From positions 62,001 through 126,000 of IMG/VR virus record IMGVR_UViG_3300015262_000001: DNA of 64,000 nucleotides; one strand, written 5' to 3'. A model generated the notes under the pieces. It saw only the letters and a program-made list of their open reading frames with translations, ran no database searches and was not told where the DNA came from. This document shows, piece after piece, positions 9,455-18,621 of this stretch (within the stretch, counting starts at the first letter, position 1; every line of letters begins with the position of its first letter). The translations under genes were made by a program, and so were the position numbers.

Positions 9455-10114
9455 TTACACCCCAGTTTTAGGGCGTTTCTTCATGAAGTCGATTACCGAC
9501 ATCAAACCAGGAAGAACCTGTGCATACACCTGATCTTGATTGACCTCGGCATTAACCAGAACATAGCTACCGTCGTGAATCCGGTACTTGGTCAGATTGA
9601 CGAAGTTCAGACGGGCTGTGTTTAACTTATCCATTGCCATGGAGTCAAACTGATCACGAGCCATTTCTTCTGGAGTGATACGCTTCTGGAAGATTGCAGG
9701 GTCACCATCCAACAAGAACGTAAGGTCCGGGAAGAAGTCACCGTGCGCAGCCAGGTGAATATTCAGAAGCTGCTTTAGACCGGCCTCTTGCTGGAAAGCA
9801 AACGTGGAATCACAGAAGCGATCACACAACACAACCTTACCAGCTTGCAATGCAGGCTTGATGACGTCCTTGATATTCTCGGCACGCGCAGCATTGAACA
9901 ACAACGCTACTGTCATCGGATCCAGTTTGCCAGGGTTGTCCGGAATCCCCTCACGACACAGCTTGCGCAGATACTCAGCGGCAAAGGTACCACCAGGCTC
10001 ACGAGTGCGGATGTAAGGTACGTTGGCCTGTTGCAGCTGAGCTTCCATCCGATCCAGCACACTGGTCTTCCCGGAACCTCCCAGCCCCTCTACAGCGATG
10101 AATTGCCCTTTCAT
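9455..10114 (-). CDS. tmk: Thymidylate kinase (dTMP kinase)
   Basis: P-loop VEGLGGSGKTS, TREPGGT, CDRFCDSTFAFQ motif, PDLTFLLD. Confidence 0.93.
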   Translation of the reverse strand: MKGQFIAVEGLGGSGKTSVLDRMEAQLQQANVPYIRTREPGGTFAAEYLRKLCREGIPDNPGKLDPMTVALLFNAARAENIKDVIKPALQAGKVVLCDRFCDSTFAFQQEAGLKQLLNIHLAAHGDFFPDLTFLLDGDPAIFQKRITPEEMARDQFDSMAMDKLNTARLNFVNLTKYRIHDGSYVLVNAEVNQDQVYAQVLPGLMSVIDFMKKRPKTGV

Positions 10115-10233
10115 ACAACCACTTCCCCATTCTTAAATACGATAAGTTTACTAACTCGTTCAATACGATTGCTTACAAAATATACAGGACAAAAAAATAA
10201 ACCCTACCCTCCGAAGAGGGCAAGGTATTACAG

Positions 10234-11043
10234 TTACGCAGCCGGAGCGAAGTGCGTCAGGATGTAGTCTTCAACAGCATCGATCTGATCGACGATCATC
10301 TTCGACCATGGTTCGAAAGGCACTTCTGGATCTTTGAACAGCGTATCGTTCTTGAGATCGTCAGCAGTTGCCCAGGCAACAGCGTCGTTCTGAGGCTCAG
10401 CCATGTCGAAGCGAACGGCTTCAGAAGCATCGATGGCATACACCACACCGTAGTGGATGTTGCCGACGTAGCCGGGTTCAGGTTTGCTGTCCATAACGAA
10501 GCCTACCTTCTTGAAGCCAGCTTCTTTGGCCTCGCCCATTACGTAATGGGTAACGTCTTGGTTGTCCTTGTCGAACAACTTGACTTCTTCGCCACCTTCA
10601 CGATCAACGGAGTCGTCAGTGGTTTCGTTCATGTCGATCAGCGGGGTGTGAGTCAACAGACCTGCGTCGCTGAGCATGTGATACGACACGTCGTAACCTT
10701 CGATATGGCCACCGGCGCCCAGGCTCAACTTGGACGTCAACTGACCTTCGTTGTTGGTCTTGTTACGACGGTAGACCATGAAGACAACCCGGGGGCGATC
10801 TTGCTGGAGGTTCTGGATGATGCGGTAGAACAAGATGTAACCGATGCCTTGACGCAGCAGTTCGAACTTGGCGTTCAGACCACGTACCGAACCCATGGTG
10901 ATATCATCAAGTGCACACAATCTGTGATGCAGCTCTTCTTGTGGCAGCAGCGTGAACGCATTGTCAGCGACGATAGCAGCCAGAGATGGGCCGTGTACGC
11001 CGTAAGTGAATTCGGCGCCTTTAGGAATAGTCTTCAACAACAT
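10234..11043 (-). CDS. NUDIX-family hydrolase (COG4112-like), 269 aa
   Basis: Y.R...E.L..KLSLGAGGHI...REGGEEV Nudix box with insertion; HYGVV and EPWS motifs typical of this subfamily. Confidence 0.8.
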   Translation of the reverse strand: MLLKTIPKGAEFTYGVHGPSLAAIVADNAFTLLPQEELHHRLCALDDITMGSVRGLNAKFELLRQGIGYILFYRIIQNLQQDRPRVVFMVYRRNKTNNEGQLTSKLSLGAGGHIEGYDVSYHMLSDAGLLTHTPLIDMNETTDDSVDREGGEEVKLFDKDNQDVTHYVMGEAKEAGFKKVGFVMDSKPEPGYVGNIHYGVVYAIDASEAVRFDMAEPQNDAVAWATADDLKNDTLFKDPEVPFEPWSKMIVDQIDAVEDYILTHFAPAA

Positions 11044-11070
11044 GGGTATTGCTCCTGGTTGGTATAACGA

Positions 11071-11850
11071 TTAGCAGATGGTTTTCAAACCTTGTTCGTG
11101 TGATGGTGTCCAGTTCCGTTGTTCGGCGCGCAGCGCTTCAACAAACTGAACAGACCACGGACAGAGTTTTTCAAAGGTATTGGGATCAGTCAACAACCGA
11201 TTGGCAGAGACCCAGGCATTGGAGACATAACGATGCTGATCACCTGGGTGTCTGATGTCGTACTCACCTTCACCAGCTACTGCCATGTGTAAAGAGCGGC
11301 AGTCTTCACCAGTGGTTGGTGTGGTCATAAATCCGAGAAAGGTAGTGCAGCGAAAACCAGCACTAACTTGACGACCTACCGGGTACAGAACAGCTCCTTT
11401 GAGTGCCGCCTCACTGGCCTTATTCAAAGTACTGATAACATCGATTATTCCTGGAGCGGTGATCGTTTGATCTTGTATGCATTCATGCATGACAATATCT
11501 TGATGATCAACGCCACGTTCCATCCCCAGTGAGATGCAGTCTGACCGCTCATCCCGGAAGCTTGCGAACATCAGTTCGTATGCAGTAGTACCGTCCGGCA
11601 TAACTACAGTGACCGGCTTAGAGATAACACTGAAAGTCAGTACCGGCTGGTTGGAGGAATCAATACCCAAGTGGCGCGTACCCGCCATAACAGCAAAACC
11701 ATCAGGCAAAAAGAAATAGCGGGTATCGATACCACCCGCAAGTTGTTGCTGATCGGTAAACGTGCGGCCGTCTACCAACTCCTTGAGTTCGCTACGCACC
11801 AAGCCCAGGGTCAGACCCATGTCTTCGGTATAATCATCCGGATGCAACAT
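11071..11850 (-). CDS. Divergent paralogue of the adjacent NUDIX gene, lacking the Nudix box, 259 aa
   Basis: Collinear motifs with the neighbour (SLGMERGV/SLGAGGHI, GFMTT/GFVMD, LHMAV/IHYGV, AWVSANRL/AWATADDL, CPWS/EPWS). Confidence 0.6.
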   Translation of the reverse strand: MLHPDDYTEDMGLTLGLVRSELKELVDGRTFTDQQQLAGGIDTRYFFLPDGFAVMAGTRHLGIDSSNQPVLTFSVISKPVTVVMPDGTTAYELMFASFRDERSDCISLGMERGVDHQDIVMHECIQDQTITAPGIIDVISTLNKASEAALKGAVLYPVGRQVSAGFRCTTFLGFMTTPTTGEDCRSLHMAVAGEGEYDIRHPGDQHRYVSNAWVSANRLLTDPNTFEKLCPWSVQFVEALRAEQRNWTPSHEQGLKTIC

Positions 11851-11867
11851 GTCGTTATTACCCCTTA

Positions 11868-12311
11868 TTAGTCTTTACCGTGTTCACGATAATAGTTAAT
11901 GCGGTTAACTCCGACCTGGTGAATCTCTTCCCAGGACTTACCGCCGAAGTTGTAGTACATACAGATTACCCAACCCAGTGTCAAATGACCGTGACGTTCG
12001 CGCTCACAGTTCACCAGACTGATGCTGTTGATAGGACGCAGTGGCTCACTCTCCAGTACGTCAATAAGAGCTCGCCGATGTTCGTCACCCTTGGCACCTA
12101 CTGGGGTGGAGTAGTGACCGCGACGCCAAGCTACCCAGGGATGATCGTCAACACCTATGGCTTTGTCGCCGAAGGGACTTGGTTCAGCCTTCTGGGGTTT
12201 GTAATGGTTACCTTCGAAGCGGAGCTTTTCTTCAGACGCTAGATTGGCCACTGCGTCTCGATAGTCTATACGTGGCATTTTGGTATCTGCTTTATTGAGT
12301 TTAGTGTTCAT
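11868..12311 (-). CDS. Hypothetical protein, 147 aa
   Basis: ORF on operon strand with RBS (ggggg); tight packing. Confidence 0.7.
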   Translation of the reverse strand: MNTKLNKADTKMPRIDYRDAVANLASEEKLRFEGNHYKPQKAEPSPFGDKAIGVDDHPWVAWRRGHYSTPVGAKGDEHRRALIDVLESEPLRPINSISLVNCERERHGHLTLGWVICMYYNFGGKSWEEIHQVGVNRINYYREHGKD

Positions 12312-12347
12312 TTATTCCCCCCTTGAACTCTCTAATGATCGCGGATA

Positions 12348-12659
12348 TTACTCTATCGCTTTACGTTGTTCGATAAGCAACTCAACCGCTTGAATAGCGT
12401 CATCCAACTTACCTGGCTGAGCAACCCATGCACTGCCGTCAGAATAGAACTCTACAACACGTACCTTGGGAACAGCAATCTTTCCCTTACTGCGATTATG
12501 TCCTGGTATCGCACAGGTAATATTAACACCGTTAGGCTTCATGGTGAAGGTAAGAGTATAAGTTATCCTGAAACCGTTTATAGACGATTCGGTTTTACGG
12601 TCGGTAAAGAACCCCGTTTTATCTAGCTCGCGATATAACTTCCTGTAGTCGGGATTCAT
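12348..12659 (-). CDS. Hypothetical protein, 103 aa
   Basis: ORF on operon strand, RBS ggggt. Confidence 0.7.
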   Translation of the reverse strand: MNPDYRKLYRELDKTGFFTDRKTESSINGFRITYTLTFTMKPNGVNITCAIPGHNRSKGKIAVPKVRVVEFYSDGSAWVAQPGKLDDAIQAVELLIEQRKAIE

Positions 12660-12738
12660 TCTTTACCCCAAAAATGAAAAAAGCGTAATAGTGGATGACT
12701 AAGGATCGCTCCCTAGTCATCCTTACTACTGTGTGGTG

Positions 12739-13179
12739 TTAGCTGAACAACGCAGTGGCCAGCGCTACGTGTTGGTCACGATGTTCCTGCAACCAGTCCG
12801 TTTGTTCTTCGTTGTGGTAGTAGTCGATCGCGGTGGTCGAGATACCGTACATGTGATCGTCGCCCACTTGCTGTTGCAGGTGGTGCTGGGAGTTGATGGT
12901 GAAACCGCCGAAGTCCAGGGTACCGTCGATAGTGGTCAGCTTTTTGTTGTCAGCAAACTGATCACGGGCCACTTGTGCAGTAGCCACTTCAACCTGGCCG
13001 GAGAGTTGATTGATGTAGGTAACGTGCGCCTGCATCGATTCCGGAGTGATGTCTTCCGGCAGTTCCAGTTTCGCAGCGTCGAACGTAGCGTGGTTGGTGG
13101 CCTTGTTGTAGGTGACGTTTTCCACCAGTTCTTTAACAGCTGCGTCTTGTGCTGCGGAGTATTCTTTATTCAAGCTCAT
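12739..13179 (-). CDS. Conserved jumbo-phage early hypothetical protein, 146 aa (start refined to MSLNKEY)
   Basis: ATG at 13179 with gaggt RBS; strong codon bias; downstream of the CCTATATTAC promoter. Confidence 0.75.
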   Translation of the reverse strand: MSLNKEYSAAQDAAVKELVENVTYNKATNHATFDAAKLELPEDITPESMQAHVTYINQLSGQVEVATAQVARDQFADNKKLTTIDGTLDFGGFTINSQHHLQQQVGDDHMYGISTTAIDYYHNEEQTDWLQEHRDQHVALATALFS

Positions 13180-13273
13180 TGTAAACCTCGTAAGTACAGG
13201 TGTGTGAGAAATTAGGAAGCAAGAAGAGGTGGTGTCCACGTCCCCCCAGACGGTAAGTCTGTTGCTCGGGATA

Positions 13274-13290
13274 GTAATATAGGCTTGAAA
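13274..13290 (-). promoter_or_regulatory. Early promoter (TTTTCAAG-CCTATATTAC)
   Basis: Exact CCTATATTAC 10-mer preceded by a T-tract, intergenic, oriented toward the 13179 gene. Confidence 0.75.
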
Positions 13291-13328
13291 ATTTCTAACC
13301 CAAACAACAGACCTGGACAGTTACTTAC

Positions 13329-14267
13329 TTAACCTACCAGAGTGCTACGAATAGCATTTGGTTCTGGCTCAGCAACGGACTTCATGGAGTTGCACTGGAT
13401 AGTGACCTCACCCTCCTCACCAAGCTCCACTACGCCGTTAGGAGAGATGAACTTTACATCACCGAAGATCTTGCGGAGATGAGCAACGGTACCCTGTGGA
13501 TCCTGATCGTCTTTGTCGAGGATCACGGTGTGGATGGTGACGCCCAGGAGTGCAGAGGCTTCGCTCAGCAGATCAAAGTCAGCATCAGTGGCCAACATGT
13601 CGAGCACGTCGAACGGATCGCTCAGGTGGCTACCGCCGTCGCTGGTAGGAACACCGAAGTAAGCGATAACCTGGCCGATGGTCTTGAGGAAGTACTCGTT
13701 GGTAAAGCCCTGCTTCTCGAACATGACTTCAGCAAAGTCAGTAGCATTCGGATAGTCGAACAACGCCTTGGTACGATCTTCCGACAGGTCGAAGCGAGTG
13801 GCCATGTAGGCAACCAGAGCTTCAGCCTTTTCACGTGGAGTAACCGCCAGAGCAAAGTCAATCAGACCGTCATCGAAACCGATCAGGCGACCAGCAACCA
13901 TTTTGAACAGATCAACATGAGTGTGGAAGTCACCCGCGCTGATACGGTTGGAGATAGCCACGTTGGTGTGGTTCTCGGAGGCAATAGTGCCTTTGGTCCA
14001 TGCAGTCAGACGGTTGCCCACCGAACGCATGTGCTGTGCCACGATCTTGGCGATGTAGACGTGCACCGCGTCAGACTTCTTCGTACTGACAGCCACACCT
14101 TGGATCAGGTGAATGTCAGTATTGGCGTCTTTGGAGTTCAGCCACTCTTTGGCGGAAGTTTCCAGCAAAGCCTGAATAATGTTGACACCGCCAGTGACTT
14201 CGCGCAGCGTGTTTACAAAAGACAGCGTTTCCAACAGCTGAGTAGCTGCACGCGATTGAGTATCCAT
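13329..14267 (-). CDS. Hypothetical protein, about 312 aa
   Basis: ORF with strong codon bias; start refined to MDTQSRA (gaggacg RBS). Confidence 0.7.
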   Translation of the reverse strand: MDTQSRAATQLLETLSFVNTLREVTGGVNIIQALLETSAKEWLNSKDANTDIHLIQGVAVSTKKSDAVHVYIAKIVAQHMRSVGNRLTAWTKGTIASENHTNVAISNRISAGDFHTHVDLFKMVAGRLIGFDDGLIDFALAVTPREKAEALVAYMATRFDLSEDRTKALFDYPNATDFAEVMFEKQGFTNEYFLKTIGQVIAYFGVPTSDGGSHLSDPFDVLDMLATDADFDLLSEASALLGVTIHTVILDKDDQDPQGTVAHLRKIFGDVKFISPNGVVELGEEGEVTIQCNSMKSVAEPEPNAIRSTLVG

Positions 14268-14334
14268 TACTTCGTCCTCTTGGTTTTTAACAAAATGCAC
14301 TAATTGCTATAACTATCGTGCTGCCGTGAATAAA

Positions 14335-14373
14335 TATAACTGCTACTGGGGACCGTCCCCAGTAGCAGTTATA
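14335..14373. terminator. Intrinsic terminator after the prohead protease gene
   Basis: 18-bp perfect inverted repeat tataactgctactgggga / tccccagtagcagttata. Confidence 0.8.
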
Positions 14374-14379
14374 AGGGTC

Positions 14380-15240
14380 TTACTTGAAGATCGACAGAGC
14401 GTTGGAGCGAACAATCTGAATCTTCTTGTCGTGTTGACCACGAAGACGTTGTTCTACTTCACGAATCATCGAGGTAACACGCTCGTAACTTTCAGTACCT
14501 GCAAAACGAGCCTTGGCTGCTTCGCCATGCACGGTCTGCTTACACATGAACAGGAACTCATCCACCGTCGCCTCGACTTCTGCCGGGGTTGGGTTGTACA
14601 GAGCCGAAGACAAGAAGTCCTCCAGACCCGCGGTGCGGTATTTACAGGCCTCCAACATGCCCTGCTCCATCACCACGTCGTAACCTGTCCAGTATTCAAC
14701 TTCACGGACACGGTCACCCATCTGCTGTGGCTTGGTCACCGTGCGGATGGAGATCGCGGTATTCATGTCCGGATCTTCGATGCTGTCCTGGAATACTTCT
14801 TTGAGAGGACCGAATGAACGGATCTCTACCTTGTTGTATACAGGATCACGGTCACCACCGGTCATGATGAAATGGATCTTGCGAATCGACGCGCAGACGT
14901 TGGGTTCCAGCACTGTACGCAAACGGTGAATCCACTGATACAGATCCGTGATAGCCGTTTGAATAATTCGCCCGTCTTTGCGCTCCCAGAAGAACTGGGG
15001 AGGGTGACCCATTTCACACCAAAGCTGGTTTTCCGCTGCACGACGGTTCAGGTCGCTCTCTGGGTTCATGCACTCTTTGACATAGTCATTGAAGCGATAA
15101 CCCACACCACCACGGTTTTTAATGTTGAAACCACCCGCGTTCATCAGGTAGTAGAGACCGTTGGGTTCCATTGGCTTCAGGATACCCTTCTTACCACTAC
15201 CTTCCAACACCGTGCTACCAAATGTAAGTATCTGGCTCAT
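14380..15240 (-). CDS. Prohead (head maturation) protease, phiKZ gp175-like, 286 aa
   Basis: Catalytic His (EMGHP, H79), Ser (AISIRT, S164) and Asp (GYDVV, D188) in T4 gp21-type arrangement; synteny with virion RNAP genes. Confidence 0.85.
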   Translation of the reverse strand: MSQILTFGSTVLEGSGKKGILKPMEPNGLYYLMNAGGFNIKNRGGVGYRFNDYVKECMNPESDLNRRAAENQLWCEMGHPPQFFWERKDGRIIQTAITDLYQWIHRLRTVLEPNVCASIRKIHFIMTGGDRDPVYNKVEIRSFGPLKEVFQDSIEDPDMNTAISIRTVTKPQQMGDRVREVEYWTGYDVVMEQGMLEACKYRTAGLEDFLSSALYNPTPAEVEATVDEFLFMCKQTVHGEAAKARFAGTESYERVTSMIREVEQRLRGQHDKKIQIVRSNALSIFK

Positions 15241-15962
15241 ACTGGGACCCCTTTAATAATCTTCTCCAGGTCAGTAACACGGTCATCAGGGTTCACAATA
15301 GCTGCTACCGTGTTGTCGCGTTGGTAACCACCCATGATTTTCGGGAACGTACCGTCGATCAGGAGCCCACTGTTATTAAGACCCACAATTACTGGAGGTC
15401 GTCCTTCCAACATCGCCTTACTGTACCGGTACGGCTTTTCCAGGTTATCTGGATCACGGAACATTAATGACATGTAGACACGCATTACCTGAGGGCTACT
15501 ACCTACGGGATCACCGCTCTCAGAAGCTGCGAAGTCAAACATCGACGACAACGCATTTTCCACCACATACCAAGGACGCTTGGCGTAGTAGAGGAACTCC
15601 ATGTAATACGCATACGGTTGGTTGGGTTCTTGCAGCACGTTGATGTTCTCGATTACCGTGTCGCCTTTGGTAAACTCTAACACCAGATACTGGGAACCCT
15701 TGATTGCAACTTCACGAATGCTCAACGGTACGAGGGTAATGTCCATCAATGAAACCAGAGGTGCGTAACTGTCCCCTGGTATCACCAATCCAAGCACCGC
15801 AGGCGTTGTGACTGTTTCCCCTACCACTGCCATGCCGCTGTCAACAAAACGTTTAGGCAGATGGATCTCGAAATCGCGTTTAGCAATAACGGACCCATCT
15901 TCCAGTTCAATTAACAGACGGTCTGCAATCTTGGGGTCGTGCTTGAGATTGCCGACGTCCAT
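15237..15962 (-). CDS. Conserved protein, phiKZ gp176-like, 241 aa
   Basis: Synteny between the protease and the gp177-like gene; 4-nt overlap with the protease start. Confidence 0.7.
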   Translation of the reverse strand: MDVGNLKHDPKIADRLLIELEDGSVIAKRDFEIHLPKRFVDSGMAVVGETVTTPAVLGLVIPGDSYAPLVSLMDITLVPLSIREVAIKGSQYLVLEFTKGDTVIENINVLQEPNQPYAYYMEFLYYAKRPWYVVENALSSMFDFAASESGDPVGSSPQVMRVYMSLMFRDPDNLEKPYRYSKAMLEGRPPVIVGLNNSGLLIDGTFPKIMGGYQRDNTVAAIVNPDDRVTDLEKIIKGVPV

Positions 15963-15965
15963 CGG

Positions 15966-17498
15966 TTAAGCTCCGAGCAGGCGTTTCACGAGTTCGTTGA
16001 CTACCGCTACGGTCAGGCGCTCACGCTTGTCCATGACGTTGTCTTCTTTGCTCGTGTCCACGAAGGTGGCTTCAATGACGTCAGCCGTCAGAGTGGCACC
16101 ACAGGCACGCAGGAAGGCAGGGATCAGGGTGGTTTCCAGCAAGGTATCCAGACGAGGATCACCACCGTCATCAGGACCCACGCCGACTTCGATCACGTCG
16201 CCGCCGTTGAAACGTTCGGCCAGGATGTAATGCGCTTTCTCCAGCTCATTAGCGAACTTCGCCTGAACCCAGCTAATCAGCATCTGATTAGCACCGCGGG
16301 CAATGTTCGTGCGTTCCAACAGCTGAGGGCTCTCGCTGATGAAATCGAAGATCGCCTTGATGCCGCCCTTGATGAACAGATCACGCGACTGTACCGACAA
16401 CTTCTCGTGGATGTGATCGTAGTAAGCTTTGGCGTGAGCCTTGCCACGACCTACATCGTTGATGAAGTCAGTCACGGTCATCGTGTTACCGGTCAGGTTC
16501 GCCCAGTGGTAACCCATGATCGCTTCGGTGAAACCCGCTTGGGCCGATTGGATCTTGTCCAGCATGCTGTTAGTGTAGAACACCTTCAGCTTGGCTTGCA
16601 TGAAACGGGTATCACCGTACTGCGACTGGCTGTGTGGAGTCAGCGAAGCAGACTTCTCAGCTACGATCACCAGTTGACGCTGGCGGTAAACCGCTACCAC
16701 CGACTTCAGCTTGATGAGGTACAGGGTCATGCCGTTCCACAGCAGGCTGACGAAGCTGCGGTAGGTCGACAACTCACCCGTTACCAGCCAAGGCGCAGGA
16801 TCTTCGCTGAAGTACATCTTGGTCAACAGGACATACATCTTCAGCAGCAGAACGAAACGCACCGACTTGATCTGCGAGAAGTCGAAGATGCCGTCTTTGC
16901 TGACGAACAGGTTTTCCAGTTCACCGAAATCACCGATACGGCTGCAAGCGTCACCAATACTTTCGTCATCGTCTTCGAGGATGGCGATCAGGTCACCGTG
17001 AGTAGCCCCGATGAAATCGAGAACTTCCTTCTGATCAGGCCAGCGCCATTTCAGTTGGTTGAGGAGCTTCAGGTCAACACCGGTGTAGGTGATTGACTTG
17101 TCACGTACTTCGGTCGGATACAACGCCGATTCGAAGAAGCCGTTGTCCACGTTGATGTATTGCACGTCGATCAACTGTTCGGTCAGGCTTTGCAGTTGTT
17201 TACGCGAATACAGCAACTGAGTGTCTTTCAACACACGACGAGCCATCGGCACACCGTAGGTACGAATGTTACCCAGGGAGTCACGGATGATCTCGGCCAG
17301 ACGATCAGAGGCACCTTCGACGGCCTCGGTGTGCATGTTGCCTTGGCTGGCTTCCATGATCTCCTGACGGAAGTTGTCAGTAAAGGCCAGAGCGCCACCG
17401 GATTCACCATTGAGGCCGGCGATCACAGGACCAGGACGGAAGGTACCGCCGCCTACGGCGATCAGTTCGCCAAGTGCAATACTGGATTCGCGAATCAT
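15966..17498 (-). CDS. Conserved protein, phiKZ gp177-like, 510 aa
   Basis: Long biased ORF; synteny. Confidence 0.7.
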   Translation of the reverse strand: MIRESSIALGELIAVGGGTFRPGPVIAGLNGESGGALAFTDNFRQEIMEASQGNMHTEAVEGASDRLAEIIRDSLGNIRTYGVPMARRVLKDTQLLYSRKQLQSLTEQLIDVQYINVDNGFFESALYPTEVRDKSITYTGVDLKLLNQLKWRWPDQKEVLDFIGATHGDLIAILEDDDESIGDACSRIGDFGELENLFVSKDGIFDFSQIKSVRFVLLLKMYVLLTKMYFSEDPAPWLVTGELSTYRSFVSLLWNGMTLYLIKLKSVVAVYRQRQLVIVAEKSASLTPHSQSQYGDTRFMQAKLKVFYTNSMLDKIQSAQAGFTEAIMGYHWANLTGNTMTVTDFINDVGRGKAHAKAYYDHIHEKLSVQSRDLFIKGGIKAIFDFISESPQLLERTNIARGANQMLISWVQAKFANELEKAHYILAERFNGGDVIEVGVGPDDGGDPRLDTLLETTLIPAFLRACGATLTADVIEATFVDTSKEDNVMDKRERLTVAVVNELVKRLLGA

Positions 17499-17671
17499 TT
17501 CGACGCTCCTTGTACACAGGCAACGATGGCCTTGCTGATCTTTTCATCCATTACGGATTCACCCAGCGGGGCAAGGAATTGCAACCCTACTTTGGCGAGG
17601 GTCCGCTTAACGACCTCCACGGTATTGGCGACCGTGACGATGTTGGTGATGAGTTGCTCTTTATCAGTCAT
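17495..17671 (-). CDS. Small protein, 58 aa (MTDKEQLITNIVTVANTVEVVKRTLAKVGLQFLAPLGESVMDEKISKAIVACVQGASK), below the ORF-track cutoff
   Basis: AGGAG RBS, ATG at 17671, stop overlaps the next start (ATGA); fills the 195-nt gap. Confidence 0.8.
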   Translation of the reverse strand: MTDKEQLITNIVTVANTVEVVKRTLAKVGLQFLAPLGESVMDEKISKAIVACVQGASK

Positions 17672-17692
17672 CGGACCGATCTCCTGGTAGGG

Positions 17693-18619
17693 TTAGAGTG
17701 GTGAAGGGCTGGAGACGCGGTTCTTGACCGACATCCCTTGGTAATACATGTCGTAGAGACGAGCACAGATCTCGCCCACGGTGATGTCACCATCCTTGTC
17801 AATGTCGAACCCGCTGTTTTGCAGATAAGACTTGGCTTCGATAGGGACAGGAGAATCTTTGCGGAACAGGACTTCGTCCGGACCTTTACCCACCGCAGCA
17901 GGATAGAAGATCGTCAGATAGAAATCCTCGAGACGTTTGTAGACCTTGCCTCGCTTCTGCCACATCTCGAAATACTTGAACACCAGATCAAGTTGATCCA
18001 GTTGGCTCATGGCCTTGACGTCGTCCAGGGTGATATTCAACCCGTACGTCTTGGACAAGTCGGTCACTGCCGCAGTACCGAACTGAATCAGACCGAAGTA
18101 GTTGCTACCGCCGTTGTTCTGTTTATCAGGACGGAAGGTACCGCCTGATTCAAAGCACATGCAGGCCATCAATGCAGAGGCTGCACCCGAGAACATGTTT
18201 TGTTTGCTGCACCAGTCGCGAACCTTCATGCTGAAAGCCGCTGGAACTCGCGTACTCCAACCGAGGTCGTAGAACGGAAGATTGTTGCGCTTGGAATAGC
18301 TGAACAACACCTGGCGCAAACCACCCAGGCTACCGTTACCTGGAATGCCATCCACTGCGCGGGCATAAAGACCAACCAGTTTCAAGTTGCTCTGGATATC
18401 TTTAACCGCTTGTACTGCAACATCGTAGCCAGCTCCTGAGGCAACAGGCAGGGGCACAGAGCGCCCCCCGTTGAGGAACAGGTGGTAGTCCTGAAACATC
18501 TTCAGGACCCCATCCCGACTTCCATTACCCCAGACACCGTCAATAGCGCCGGAGTAGACCTGACCCTCACCGAGGACCACCTGAATGTCTTTAACTCCGT
18601 TGACTGTCTGGAAGATCAT
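17693..18619 (-). CDS. Modular endolysin: two N-terminal peptidoglycan-binding-like repeats plus lysozyme/transglycosylase-like catalytic domain, 308 aa
   Basis: Repeats VKDIQ..Y.GAIDGVWGNGS / VKDIQ..LYARAVDGIPGNGS; catalytic CMCFESGG and GLIQF motifs; EF-hand-like loop near the C-terminus. Confidence 0.82.
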   Translation of the reverse strand: MIFQTVNGVKDIQVVLGEGQVYSGAIDGVWGNGSRDGVLKMFQDYHLFLNGGRSVPLPVASGAGYDVAVQAVKDIQSNLKLVGLYARAVDGIPGNGSLGGLRQVLFSYSKRNNLPFYDLGWSTRVPAAFSMKVRDWCSKQNMFSGAASALMACMCFESGGTFRPDKQNNGGSNYFGLIQFGTAAVTDLSKTYGLNITLDDVKAMSQLDQLDLVFKYFEMWQKRGKVYKRLEDFYLTIFYPAAVGKGPDEVLFRKDSPVPIEAKSYLQNSGFDIDKDGDITVGEICARLYDMYYQGMSVKNRVSSPSPL

Positions 18620-18621
18620 CT

